A DNA stretch of 63,747 nt, the filler included, from Atractiella rhizophila (taxonomy: Eukaryota): assembly GCA_021432655.1 (NCBI GenBank). It is 3 parts of 3 records of this genome, joined end to end, with 100 filler letters (N's around TTAATTAATTAA, not from the genome) between each part and the next. Parts side by side here need not be neighbours in the genome. Positions count along the whole stretch, not along the records: positions 1 to 28,197 come from MU271735.1; positions 28,298 to 56,427 come from MU271736.1; 1 more part is not named here. One strand, written 5' to 3'. How positions within the stretch are numbered: position 1 is the first letter of the stretch; each line of letters starts with the position of its first letter. Below the pieces are notes generated by a model, which was given only the letters and a program-made list of their open reading frames with translations, was not told the origin of the DNA and did no database searches. Below are positions 24,622-37,283 of this stretch, piece after piece. The position numbers were made by a program, and so were the translations under genes.

Positions 24622-27336
24622 TCAACCATCAAGGTACCCATTCTTCTCTAGGAATTTGTCAACTCCCGCTTTACCCCATCCGCCTTGGAATCCAGTCGGT
24701 GAATGCCTACCGACCCCAGAAGGCTCTAAGTCGACTTCTAAGTATTTCTTGTCGCTATTCCCAAAGTAGTTCTTGAGATGCCGTGAATCCGGTGAGAGGA
24801 TGAGCATGTCCACTTTCGTCTCCGCCCTCCGGTGTCCGTGGACATTCGCCCACAGCGGCCGTGGTTGAGCCGAGTTGAAGTTTCGATCCCAGAGATCTCG
24901 CGCGGCAAGAGGGAGAAGGGGACGACCGTCTGCTTCGTCGTACCGGGATGGAGTCGGTGGTGGTGGCGCTGGAGGCGTTAGTTGTCCTTGGGGACGAAGG
25001 CGAGTGAGGAGGGAAGGGGCTGGAGTTGACATGGATCGTAATCGCGGAGGACGGGAGTCTGGGATATCGTCTGTTGGTGAAGGGTTAGGGAGAGGGAGAG
25101 ATGGGTCGGAGTCGGAGGAGGGGAAGTGGATTTTGGTCACTCGAGGCTTGGAGAGGATCCGACTGTTGGACCGTCCGATCACGAAGTCTGTGTTGGCCCT
25201 GCCTCCTTTCTTTCCCAAATCCTCAGCTCCTGGACAACTCATAATCCGACTGCGTCCTAGAAGCTCGAGAACTGTCGCTTGAGGAACGTGGAGTTCTGGA
25301 CTTCCGATCGATAGGGTCTCCGAGATTCTACTCAGGTCCCGCTTGTGAGATAGATGACCGCTCGCGGTGGTACTGCTGCTCCCATTCGCTTCTCCCAAGA
25401 TGGAGGATTCGTGCATCGAAGAGTCGGTGAAAAACGAAGATGCCGCTCGAAGCCCTCCAGACGTGAAGGTGGCGTCTTCTTCAGGGGAGCTCCTCCCTCC
25501 TCCCTCTCTGTCCTGTTCGGCTTCAGCGTCTTCTTCTTCCATCTCCCGCCTCCATTTCCTGAAACTCATTCCATCCGGACTAATAGCTCGATCCATCCAA
25601 TTCGAAACCGGATTCCCGTTCGCCTTCAATGCTTGGTTTGCCGAAAAGCTCCTAGGAGGTCCGTTGGGTCGTCCCCTGTCGTGTTCCCATACCAGCACTC
25701 CGCGATTGCTCCTCCTGGCCACTGAATTGGCGGTGAAGTCTTCGCTGTGCCGTCCTCCCAGCGCGGGGATGGGTGGATTATCGTTCTTGGATCCATCGGA
25801 GGCTACACGTCGATTGGAACGCGACATTCGACGGATAACTTTCCATGGGGACAGTTGTGGCGACCGTGAACGATGGGGAGAGACATCACGATGGAGCCTG
25901 AGGAGATGGTTTCGAATCTTTGCTGCATCTTCTGGAGACTATATCGAATAGATGAAAGAAAACACAGGAATTAGGTAAGAAGTAACGGGAATCAATGCAC
26001 TGAACAAAGTTTCGATCCCAGAGATCTCGCGCGGCAAGAGGGAGAAGGGGACGACCGTCTGCTTCGTCGTACCGGGATGGAGTTGGTGGTGGTGGCGCTG
26101 GAGGCGTTAGTTGTCCTTGGGGACGTAGGCGAGTGAGAAGGGAGGGGGCTGGAGTTGACATGGATCGTAATCGTGGAGGACGGGAGTCTGGGATATCGTC
26201 TGTTGGTGAAGGGTCAGGGAGAGGGAGAGATGGGTCGGAGTCGGAGGAGGGGAAGTGGATTTTGGTCACTCGAGGCTTGGAGAGGATCCGACTGTTGGAT
26301 CGTCCGATTACAAAGTCAGTGTTGGCCCTGCCCCCTTTCTTTCCCAAATCCTCAGCTCCTGGACAACTCATAATCCGACTGCGTCCTAGAAGCTCGAGAA
26401 CTGTCGCTTGAGGAACATGGAGTTCTGGACTTCCGATTGATAGGGTTTCCGAGATTCTACTCAGGTCCCGTTTGTGAGATAGATGACCGCTCGCGGTGGT
26501 ACTGCTGCTCGCGTTCGCTTCTCCCAAGATGGAGGATTCGTGCATCGAAGAGTCGGTGAAAAACGAAGATGCCGCTCGAAGCCCTCCAGACGTGAAGGTG
26601 GCGTCTTCTTCAGGGGAGCTCCTCCCTCCTCCCTCTCTGTCCTGTTCGGCTTCAGCGTCTTCTTCTTCCATCTCCCGCCTCCATTTCCTGAAACTCATTC
26701 CATCCGGACTAATAGCTCGATCCATCCAATTCGAAACCGGATTCCCGTTCGCCTTCAATGCTTGGTTTGCCGAAAAGCTCCTAGGAGGTCCGTTGGGTCG
26801 TCCCCTGTCGTGTTCCCATACCAGCACTCCGCGATTGCTCCTCCTGGCCACTGAATTGGCGGTGAAGTCTTCGCTGTGCCGTCCTCCCAGCGCGGGGATG
26901 GGTGGATTATCGTTCTTGGATCCATCGGAGGCTACACGTCGATTGGAACGCGACATTCGACGGATAACTTTCCATGGGGACAGTTGTGGCGACCGTGAAC
27001 GATGGGGAGAGACATCACGATGGAGCCTGAGGAGATGGTTTCGAATCTTTGCTGCATCTTCTGGAGACTATATCGAATAGATGAAAGAAAACACAGGAAT
27101 TAGGTAAGAAGTAACGGGAATCATTGAACTGAACAACTGACCGTCAAATAGTGTAACTCCTCCAACTCATCCAACTCGTCCTCCTCCAAATGTTCTCTAA
27201 ACCTCGACTGTTTCTTCCCCATCAGCTTGGGAGGGAGTTGAGCGGCCAAGAGATTCGCTTTCAGAGCTTCGATGAAGGTATTTGGATCCCTGCCATTGAC
27301 AGGGATCTCGAGAAAGGATCTCCCATTATTCTTCAT
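24622..27336 (-). CDS. Hypothetical low-complexity protein (2 exons), interrupted by a tandem duplication
   Basis: Exon 1 27336-27142 (MKNNGRSFLEIP...); exon 2 starts at 27067. Removing one 1129-nt copy gives a continuous ORF to the stop at 24622. Confidence 0.7.
24878..27135. repeat. Tandem direct duplication with 1129-nt period (24878-26006, 26007-27135)
   Basis: Matching ORFs are offset by exactly 1129 nt. Differences are mostly synonymous and cluster in the first ~510 nt. Confidence 0.95.
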
Positions 27337-28197
27337 GATTTTGATTATTTTGTAGATTTTGAGCGCAAATATGCGCTGTTGTTGGTCGTCGAGGATAAAG
27401 GGAGTTCAGGCTGGATGCTGGCTGGAGGCGTGAGGCTGTCGAATGAGATGGAGCTAGAATGTAGATGACGGTTGAAAAGGGGCAGTCAGCGCAATTAAGG
27501 TTCAGATTGCCGATTGGCCACGCGACCAGATCTAGCACAAAATAGAAACAAACTGAGCACGTGCCCGTCGCTATCTGCTTTTTTCGGAAAATGACGCCTT
27601 TCTGATGAGTGCCTTAATATGTGGTAGTATACGCACATACATATTTCATTCATATCTTCAAGCCGTCTTGGCCCGTCTTAACCTGAGTCTTAACGCAGTT
27701 CCTGTTAGGCTAGTCATTGCTCAAACTGCTTGATACAGATGATTTCTTTCTTTCGACAGGTGCTGTTCACTGTTGGAGCTTGGAGGACAAGGTGCTTGGA
27801 TCAAGGTATCAGATGCTGTAATCACTTCAATTCAAATCCCAACATGGAGCAGTATCGAAACATCAATGCACCGCCGATTTTAACTTTCATCACCTCCTTT
27901 CAACGCAATAACGAGGAGAGTTCCTGGAGCACTTTATCGTTGCCCCGATGCTGACGTAGAGTCGAATAGAAGTGGGAGCAACGCATCGGAAGCACTTTGC
28001 CCCGTTTTAGTGAAGGGAGGGTCTGATGATCAGCAGCGCGGGAGCTCTGGTTTTCTGTCAACATATCAGCTGATGGTTGTCACGACCGAAGGATATGTTC
28101 CCTTCATCTCGTCAATCATCGTTCGGCCTCGCCCCCGTACTAGCCCTCGGCGGTTCTCCAATTTGAAGCTCGTTTGAGCACGACTCTGGAATAGGAG

Positions 28198-28297
28198 NNN
28201 NNNNNNNNNNNNNNNNNNNNNNNNNNNNNNNNNNNNNNNNNTTAATTAATTAANNNNNNNNNNNNNNNNNNNNNNNNNNNNNNNNNNNNNNNNNNNN
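28198..28297. other. Artificial scaffold-joining spacer (44 N + TTAATTAATTAA + 44 N)
   Basis: Exact 100-nt symmetric structure; the 12-mer has stops in all six frames. Confidence 0.95.
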
Positions 28298-29841
28298 ACT
28301 TTTGGGCCAGCTCTTCCTCAGTGCGGTTATGCAATCTGGCATGTCGGTTAAGAGTATCCCTGGATAGACAGCCCTATCAGCATTGAATCCCACTAATAAA
28401 CGTAAGTCAAATTTTAGGTTAATCCAGTCAAACGCCGATTGCAAATGCTCGATCGAGGAGAGTGTTTGGCTCCAACAGTCGACGACTGCGGCAGCTTTCT
28501 TGGATGGGATGCTGCATTACATCTTTTCCGGCATACGGAAGTGAAAAAATCAACGAGCGTGAAGCTCCCAAAGTAAGTCAGTACTCTTGCGTGAGAAGGC
28601 ATGACGATGCCTATATGTGTGTCCGGCAAACGTCTTCGAGGATGCCAGATGATCAACCTGCTAGACGCAAGAATGGTTGTTTTCTTGTTCCGTCTCCGGC
28701 AACGTAAAACAAAATAGTAAAAAATTCATCCCGAAACCCTGTCCCTTGTTCGACTCAGAAGGAAAGGACTCACTGTCTGGCAAACGCTTTCCCGCAGACA
28801 GAGCAAGCGAACGGTCTATCGAGTGTATCTATGCGATCCCCGCGATCGATATCTCTTGTCAATCGGGAGGAAGCAGGCTTACGGGTTCTCTCGTGCCTCT
28901 GAGCATGTTCGAGCTTTTTGAAAGTCTGACGATTTCCGACCCGTAAAAATTACTTCTTTCGCTCAAATGACGAAAGGACCGACCATAGGGCAGTAAGAAC
29001 ACTGCGTTGGAGGCTTGGGGCCCGTTCTGTTACCCATTTTTACGTTCCTTTTACCCCACAAAAAAACTCGATTCGACTGTGGCTGGGTGCGGGGTAGTGC
29101 GGTTTCGCGTATAAAAGCGCTTTCACTCTGGCGGGGCAGCGAGGGGGCGCTAGCTGATGGAGTGAGAGAGTCCTTTTTGTTGAAGATGAAGATGAGCGGG
29201 CGATCAGCTGGTCGTCGTTATTAGTGCTGTCTGGGGTTGATGAACATCTGACCGGAAACTATATTACCTCCGCACGCACACTCCCGTCTCCTGGCTAGTT
29301 TGTGATATTTCTCAAGTGGCAGTCTTCGCGGATCCTGGCAGTCGTTGACCCACCTCAATGTCAGCGCCCTGATGCTCAGATGCAGTTCTTAATGCCTTGG
29401 TGGCGGAGCTGAGTTTTACACACAGGGTCGGAGGCAGAATCATGGAACTTAAACATTTCCAAATTACCCCAGGTTCCGGTGATTTGGAACACCATATCTC
29501 AACAGTTAACCTAGAGAAGCGTGGAAGAACCTTGGATGTCGACAGGTTGACGTCTCGAAGCCAGGTGAGAAGCACACCTATCGATGAGTTGATTCTCGAG
29601 GAAACACCATTGGTCAAAGTGGTGCTGTGTGCTGTCATGGGTAGGTGAAGAAGAACGTGTCATTCCTCCCGCCATTCCCCTACCTCGACCTTGGACCCAC
29701 CAAGGACACAAAGTCGCGAACGAAACATTATCGACAACTTCCAACGTTCGACTCGGGATCAACTGGTTTTGCCCAAGTGGAATGCAATGTCGTCGTGGTC
29801 CCGTGAACTCCGCACACAGGACAGAGCTCCACCTGCCGCCA

Positions 29842-32634
29842 CTATATCTCAGTCCAATCGACTCTCACGAGGCCACAAGCCATGCCGCTCGCGACGAGGG
29901 CGAACCTCCTCAAGCTGGGGTGCCAGGCGCAAGCCGTGACACCAATCTGTTCCGGCCAAGCGCCTGTCATAGACACATCTTGCACTCCAGCCCGTTGTTC
30001 TTCTTCCTTCTTCTTCGCCATTTTCCTCCCCACCGCACGCTGGTCTTGCCTCTCCTATTTACATCCCCCGATGATAGTCAGTGTTGCATCGCAGGCTAGC
30101 AACAAGAGCGCACCTCTGGTAGAATGTTGTCGAGCATCCGATACTCTAACGTCAGTCGATTGAAATCAATTCTATAGACCTTCTTGATGTACCGAACCTG
30201 TAAATCACTTTGAACACACAATGTTTACTCTATTCGAATCTGTTTGGACTGACAACGTGATGATGGCGCTTGAGATCTCTAAGCGTGTTGAATATCGACA
30301 GCGTCCCATCAGCGCTCGCACTGGCGATGAAAGGTTGACAATCGCTCGCCGCCAGTTCCTGTGCAAGATTAGGTATAGCTAGAGCTAACAGAATGAAAAA
30401 TTGTCGCACCCAGATACTGCCCCGATGCGATGACACGACTCTGTTAAGAACGAAGTGCACGGGTCTTATAGACGCTTGTCGAGTGTGTGCATCCGCATCA
30501 TCCATCAGCGGCGATCCTAGCCAGCTCGACCAGGTCGCGCTCTGATGGGTAACTAACGCGTCTCCATCAGTCAAGCCTTCCAACGTGTCGAAGAAATCTT
30601 AACCCCGTTCAACGAGAATTGGAATTGGAACAGGGTCCCTGATGTCTACCAACTTGTGCGCTCCATCCGTGCTTGCTGTGACGAGAGTGGTTGGATCCTC
30701 GTCAAGCGTCTCTTCGCCCTCTCCATTAATGTCTGCATATTTCTGCCATTTGATGGCACGTATTGGTCCCTCGTGGAGGGGAAAGTAATGCGTCGGAAGA
30801 GGGACAGATGGCTGCGACGAAAGTAATGCCGAAATAGCATAAACGGCGACCCAACCTATCACAATAACTACAAACCTCTCAAAATTGGTAAAAACGAACC
30901 ATTTGTAAGACCAATGGCAAGTGTATCGCTAGACGCCCAGTCGACGCAGAGACACTTAGCTGTCGAGTCGTTTATTCGAAGTTTCAACGCTGGTTTGATT
31001 TTCACTAGGACGATGTTGTCAACTCAGCCAAGCCTCCGCGCGAGAAGAACAAGCGAATTACAAAAAACGCTGTCCTCCTCCTTCACCTTTCCAACTTCCT
31101 TCACCCTCTCTGGCCGTGGTACATGGACCAGGTATGTGCTCCCATCCGTCCACGTAGCAGCAACCATTCCGAGGCCAACTCTCTTCTCCTTCGTGCCGAA
31201 AGGACGCCACTTGATTTTGAAAGGTTCTCCCTCAACGTCATCCAAAATCAATCCGACCTCAAGACGCATTTCTCGGCCTTCTTCGCTGCTGTCAGTTGAT
31301 GGGGAAAAATCAGAAGGTGCAGAACACGGAAGAGACCACAGCTGCAGCATTCCGAGCGCGTTGGGTGTAGGCGAGAGTGTGTTTACGGTGGATTGGGTTG
31401 CAACAAGGAGATACTCGATGGGCTGAGGTTCTTTGTGGTCTGGAAGGGGACACCATTCCACGGCCGTGACTGATGCACCAGCGTTGAAGATCCATCCTGG
31501 CTTTTGGGGGATATACGCGTCTATTCACTGCATCAGCTTTGTCAAGTTCCATGAGGAGACAGAATGCATACCCAATCGTGCACTGTCCCAACGACTGAAT
31601 GTGACTAGCTGTTGCCCCAGGTTGTCCTCATCTTCATCTGGTCTTGGGATTCCCATCCATACCGAGACCTTTTCTTCTTCTTCGGAGACTGTGGCCAAAG
31701 CAGAAGGATCGAGGAAGGATTCGATGTCAAAATCTGTGTCTTGAAACGGTTGATCCGTATCCGTATTCATACCGTCGACGCTAGGCTGAGATGGTACGTC
31801 CTGCTGTTTGCGGCGGACGCCATGTAATTGGTGTGGGAGGTATCGCTCTAGCTCCCTTTGTATCGTCAGCTTTACCACAAGCAAATAGAAAAAATACTCT
31901 TGACTAGTTAAAATACTCCATTCTGCCTCTTGCTCCACAACAGAACCAAGTCCTTCCCACTCCTCGTTCAGACCTTCAGCATCCCATTTCCCTTTGTCCC
32001 ACCCCATATCCTCCACAAACTCCCGGATAGGTCCAAAGGGACATGAACTCCAGACACCAGCTGTTCTTGAAAACGTAAACGCGTCCGTTTGCTCTTTGTT
32101 GACTGTCAACCCCTCGTCTAGACTCTCTCCAAGCGATACTTTGACGGGAGGGTACGACACTGGTCCGTAATTGGTCAGGTGAGGGGTTGTGAGGCCCAGA
32201 TTCTCGGCTTTGAGAGGATAGAGTTGGACAACGGTGTTTTTCTTGAGGAGGACGGTTGCTCTGGCGCGTAGAGTGAGGTTATGAGGCGGTTGGAGGAACG
32301 TAAGGGCAGAGAGACGATCAACGGCTGCTGTCTCGGAGCCCTTGGGTTTTAGAGCTTGGGAAGAGGAGGCAGCCTGAGCGCGACGAGTCGGTGCAACACT
32401 GGCTGATTTTGATGTGCGTTTCCGGATGCCATCGTCAGAAACATCGTCGTCCTCGAATTCTTCGGAATCATCGCTTACTGCACGAGAGCGCTTCTTTCCT
32501 TTCTCTCCTTGCTTTTTCGATCGCTTATCAGGCTCCTCAGCTGGTTCAAAATCGCTGCCTGCCTGATGATCTGCTGGTGCCAGGAAGTCGCTATAAGACA
32601 CTGCTTGTTTGCCTCGCGCAGACTTTCGTGACAT
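29842..32634 (-). CDS. TFIIIC WD40 subunit (Tfc6/Sfc6/GTF3C2-like), multi-exon
   Basis: Basic/acidic N-terminus; WD-like segments (MEWCP, IRAIKW, VTASTDG, IASASADG); C-terminal ACAWHP...ASGMACGLVRVD. Confidence 0.7.
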
Positions 32635-32795
32635 TTTCTATGTCTTCTGATTTATAAACGTCAAGTAGCTTGCGGTCGTCAGCGCGTTAGGTCTGGTGGT
32701 TTCAACAAAGAATGGAACAACGGAACCGGGTTCCTTGGGGAAATTTGGAAGGAAAGATTGATATTCGAGCATGAGTATTTCTCTGCTACTCTCTA

Positions 32796-34901
32796 TCACC
32801 GCTTCGAAAACTTCTTCAGTGGGTCCACCTTTCCCCTTCCTCTTCCACGACCACGTCCTCCCTTCCCACGACCTCTGGCAGCATTCTTTCCCCCATCACG
32901 ATTTATCCTTACATCACTCGCACTCTCTGCATTTGTATTGTCCACCTTTGATATTCTCGGCATGAGATAAGATGGTACATGCTTCATGTGCTGTTGAATG
33001 CGGGACGGGTGAAGGGTTTGGTCGTGTTTTAGGAAGGCAAGATCCGAAGGGTTCTCTGCGAAGTGTGCCTACGAAAAATCGTTCAGTGTTGACAGTCATT
33101 GTAATTCGAAAAGGGAGATTTACCTTCAGTTTAACGCTATTGACCGCCTCCTTCCTCAACTCAACCACTCGAGCCTCCCTGACCCTCGCACGCGTCACAC
33201 TCTTTAATGCATCCTCCATCCGATACCTAAAGCCTTCAACAGCTTTCCAATCGAACCCATATTCCTTGACTGTCCCCCCTCTCCTTCCCTGATCTCCCTC
33301 GATCCTTTTCCATATCTCCTCATCCATCTTAGCACTCTCCAGCGATATATCTCCCTGCTTCTTCAATCCCCATTTTTCCTTCGGCACAACAAAAGACAGC
33401 GAGATCCCCGTTCTCCCAGCTCGTGCAGTCCGCCCAACACGATGCGTGTACGAGCAAGAGGAAGGCGGAAGATCAAAGTTGAGGACGCAGGATACATCGA
33501 CAAAGTCTATCCCCCTAGAAACACCATAATCGGATGGGGCAGAGATTGCCTTCTTCGCCTTCTTCGACTGTGGTTGTTGGTTTTCAGAATTCTCTTTCCT
33601 TTTCCGCTTCTTCGGGTTAGAAGGCGGCTCCTCGGCTTCTGCCTCCTCAGTGTCGTCGGCAGGAGCTTGAGTGGAAATAAGCCCAGACAATGGGTCGGAG
33701 GCAAGGGTATCGTCCGTTACTTCGTCAGTTGTAATGTTCGTATCAGTCTCGATTCCTTGTAAACCGCTCTCGTCGGTAGCAATCAGGTAATCGAAAGAAC
33801 CTTTGTTGAACTCCTGCACCGCATGGTATCTATAGCATCGCTTAACGAACATATGACAGAGACAGAGAGAGTTGCACCTTGAATTAAACGGAAGCTCTGC
33901 ATTTAAGATTCCACTCTTAATCCCGAACTTTTCTAAGAACAATTTGACCTTGTAGGAGCGGTCGGTGGTGTTGACGAAGATGAGGGATTTGCCTTTGATG
34001 AGCTTGAGCTTGAGAATCACGTAGAGGAGAAGGAATTTGTCTTCTTCTGTGCATCTGTCACCCCGTCACGATCAACACCGTACCCCTGACAGTTAAAGAG
34101 AGATTGGCCCGAATGAGACGGTGACGAGAACATACCGCACACAGTACTGCGTCAAATCTTTCAACCCCTCTTTCTCATCGTTCACATCCACAAGCAGGGG
34201 ATCCCTCAACACACCTCCCTTTAAACCCTCCAGTTCCTCCGTGATGGTCGCACTGAGAACGACTGCCTGATACGAGGGGCTAATGTCCCACCCCCCAGAA
34301 AGGAGGGAGGAGATATCAGCCGCGGAATGACCGTAAGACAGGAGAAGGTCGGCTTCGTCGATCACGAGGTATCGGAGATGGGAGAGAGAGAGAACAGATG
34401 TGCGCAGGAGGGATAGACAGCGAGAAGGAGTAGAGATAACGAGGGCTGGCTTTTGATTGAGTATTTGTCTATGTGCGACCCCATTGAGCATTGCTCAAGA
34501 TAAAGCAGAGTGAATAAGACAAACTTTTGAGCACGATCACCTCCGCCTTCGGAGGAGTGGCAAGCATTGACTACAGAGTCTTCTTCGCCCCAAAGTCCTC
34601 TAACAACCCCTTCAACTTGCTCTCCGAGCTCCCTCGTCGGCACAAGTATCAAAACCTTGGTGCCAGCATCGCTCCCTTTTCCTTCATGTCTCTCACTGAG
34701 CAGCGAATGTAAAATGGGCAATAAGTAAGCCAAAGTCTTCCCACTCCCTGTTCGAGACCGTGCGAGGATATCACGGTGGGAAGACAGCAGATGTTGTATC
34801 AGCGTGGACTGGATCGAGGTTGGAGTGGTGAGACGCAGCTGGGACAACTTGGAGAGGAGTGTCGGATGGAGCGAAGGGGTCAGGCTCGAGAATGTGGCCA
34901 T
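32796..34901 (-). CDS. DBP9: DEAD-box RNA helicase Dbp9/DDX56
   Basis: ARSRTGSGKT, LVPTREL, VIDEADLLLSYGH, LSAT, LNAELPFNSR, YGVSRGIDF, YTHRVGRTAR, FRYRMEDAL, DPLKKF. Confidence 0.95.
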
Positions 34902-35615
34902 TTGGACGTTGGTGCTGAGCTGAGCAGCTCCTTGGACTAATATAAACCGGCTTTCACTGATTAGTCCTTGGATGGAAGTAAGAAAAAAGTTGGTTGTGCT
35001 TCACTGTGCGTCCTTGTTTGCCAAAGACAAGGACCAGATACTCATGAAGAGAAACAAGTGAGATGTAACTGCAGAGCGAGCTCCGCCTCCTGCTCCTGGG
35101 ATGTTACAATAAATTCATATGAGGCCAGTATGTTGAATGTCTCTCTGATTTCTCTGATGTCTCGATTGTGGGGAGTTTTAAGACTCGGAGGTTCCTGCTA
35201 TCATTTCTTCATTTTCGGACCTTTTTTTCGCCGGATGGTATAATCAAAGGGACATTACAATATGATACCAGCTTGAGCACTCTTTTGTTAAATCCGCTTC
35301 AGTTTTTCTTGAACTAATCTTTTCAAATTCATGGTTTTACCACTGTCACACCTTGTTCTGACAGTTATGACCCTCGACCTTCGTTCATCATTCTGCGTAA
35401 TTAAGATCCTCAGTGGTTTAAACCTAAACGACCATGACGTCCATTGCGTTGGTTGGCCGTCTTTGCTCAATTAGTAACAGCTGTCGTTGTTGTGAAAGTA
35501 GCCGTGGTGACTGAGAATTTTGTGCTCGCTTGTGTCAAATCTGCAATATTTTATGACTTTTCAGTTCACACGTACAACCTCAGAATAGTTGACTGAGACA
35601 TTGGCTTTGATTTGG

Positions 35616-36335
35616 TTACGCTCTAACATGTCCCTTTGTCGCCACCCATTCTGGCTCGTATCCTTCTCTTCCCAAAACTTTGTCTCCCACCTTTGCCGGA
35701 TGCGCGGCTGCCTGATTGTTAGAACGGCTTCAGAGCGTAAAAGGAGCAGTCTTCTTACCAACAACGATGGCAATGGCCCGGCACCATTCCGAGCTTTCAT
35801 TTACCCATTCGTGCATGGTTCCTTTATCACGGGTTTTAGTTTGTAACATGTCGACAAAACTGAAATTACCTCGTTGGACAATCAAGTCCCCAACTTTCAA
35901 GGTCTTTTTCTCTCCCGAATCAAGATAGCATGTGACTTCTCCTTTGACGACAATGGCATAATCTATGCTCTCGGTCCTATGCATGAAACCCTTGCCCGAC
36001 TCCCATTTCTGATTGGGAGCGAAATCGAGGACTCGAACATTCGTCCCTTCTTTATTCGTGATGTCGGCAACATCGTTGAACATGGGGTCTTGGAAGGGCT
36101 CATCGTTGCTGGCAGGCGTTTTTTCCGTCTCGTACAGGACCTGTTTCGTCAATTTGTTAAAAAAAGTTTATGAAACGAAGAGAGGTTGTACCTTCAGCCC
36201 AAAAGTCGTTGAGCCATTCAAGGATTCCATCCTGAACTCTTCATCGCCAACAAAGACGGCTTTTCCCTCCGCATTGTGGCCAGTGACGACCCTTCGAATG
36301 CCACGCAGATCGTTGACGAATGTAGGTGCAGACAT
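35616..36335 (-). CDS. Cupin-domain protein, 4 exons
   Basis: IRRVVTGHNAEGKAVF, MHRTESIDYAIVVKGE, GDLIVQRG|TMHEWVN. Confidence 0.88.
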
Positions 36336-37283
36336 GTTGCTGATGTTTTGCTCTTAGGGGATTTTTGAATGTAAGGTGCTGGTCGGTTGATTGCTGTGGC
36401 TCCAATGCCAACTATCGTCTCTTATATACCTCGAGAAGGTATTCAGTTCTCCCCAGCCGCTGTGTCATAACCATAGCATAGCATCAGGAACATTGACTGT
36501 GTAAGCTGTCCAGGATGCTCCACTCGTTGGAGTGGTGTTGCCGGACTAAGGAACGGCTCTTTTCGAAGAGTTCAAAGCGCAATGCAGCAATGGAGACGTT
36601 GACATCTAGTTTCCGACACCGAGCTCGGTCTGAGTCTTGGTACAGGATTATGTGAGGTCTAGGCTTGTCTAATAGGAAGGATTTTGCAAACGACGATGCG
36701 GCTTACCTCATGCTTACAAAATATCATGGTACTGAGTCCGCACTTCGAAACATTCCGGCAATATCCTGCTGTTTCACTTCTTTGACAAATTGTTTTTTTC
36801 AGGTAGGGATCAAGCTCATCATAAAGTTACTATGGCAATTACCCCCTTGACTCGAAACCATGAGTTATTCTTCATCTCAGCCTTTGATATTTTTAAGGAT
36901 GTCAAAGCCTCACTAACAAGCCTTATGCAGCTTCAACTCAGGATGGTCTCATTGGATGTGTCCCTATTTCTCGACATCACTGCCAGTGGTATTGGGGAAT
37001 TGGAGTCTGCCTATAGGAAACAGCACAGAGCTTGTGAACTGGGCCAGCAAAATTGCAGCACTCTAAAGGTGGCATACATTAAGCAAGCTACGTAGTTGAG
37101 AGTTACTTGAGAGTTGACTAGTACAGACTGCAATTACATCGGTTGCATGCTTGAAAATAGAAAGACATGAAATTTTCGTTTGAATCGAAAGGAGTCCATC
37201 TAATTTAATTAAGTGACTAATCAAAACCTCAACAGCAATTTCCAGCTTGCTCCAAACCAGCTGTGCTTGTCTCTTTCGACCGA

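Noticed and set aside
28242..28253. TTAATTAATTAA as a genomic motif or piggyBac-type site
   Set aside because: It is centred in exactly 44 N on each side and occurs twice, so it is a synthetic linker.
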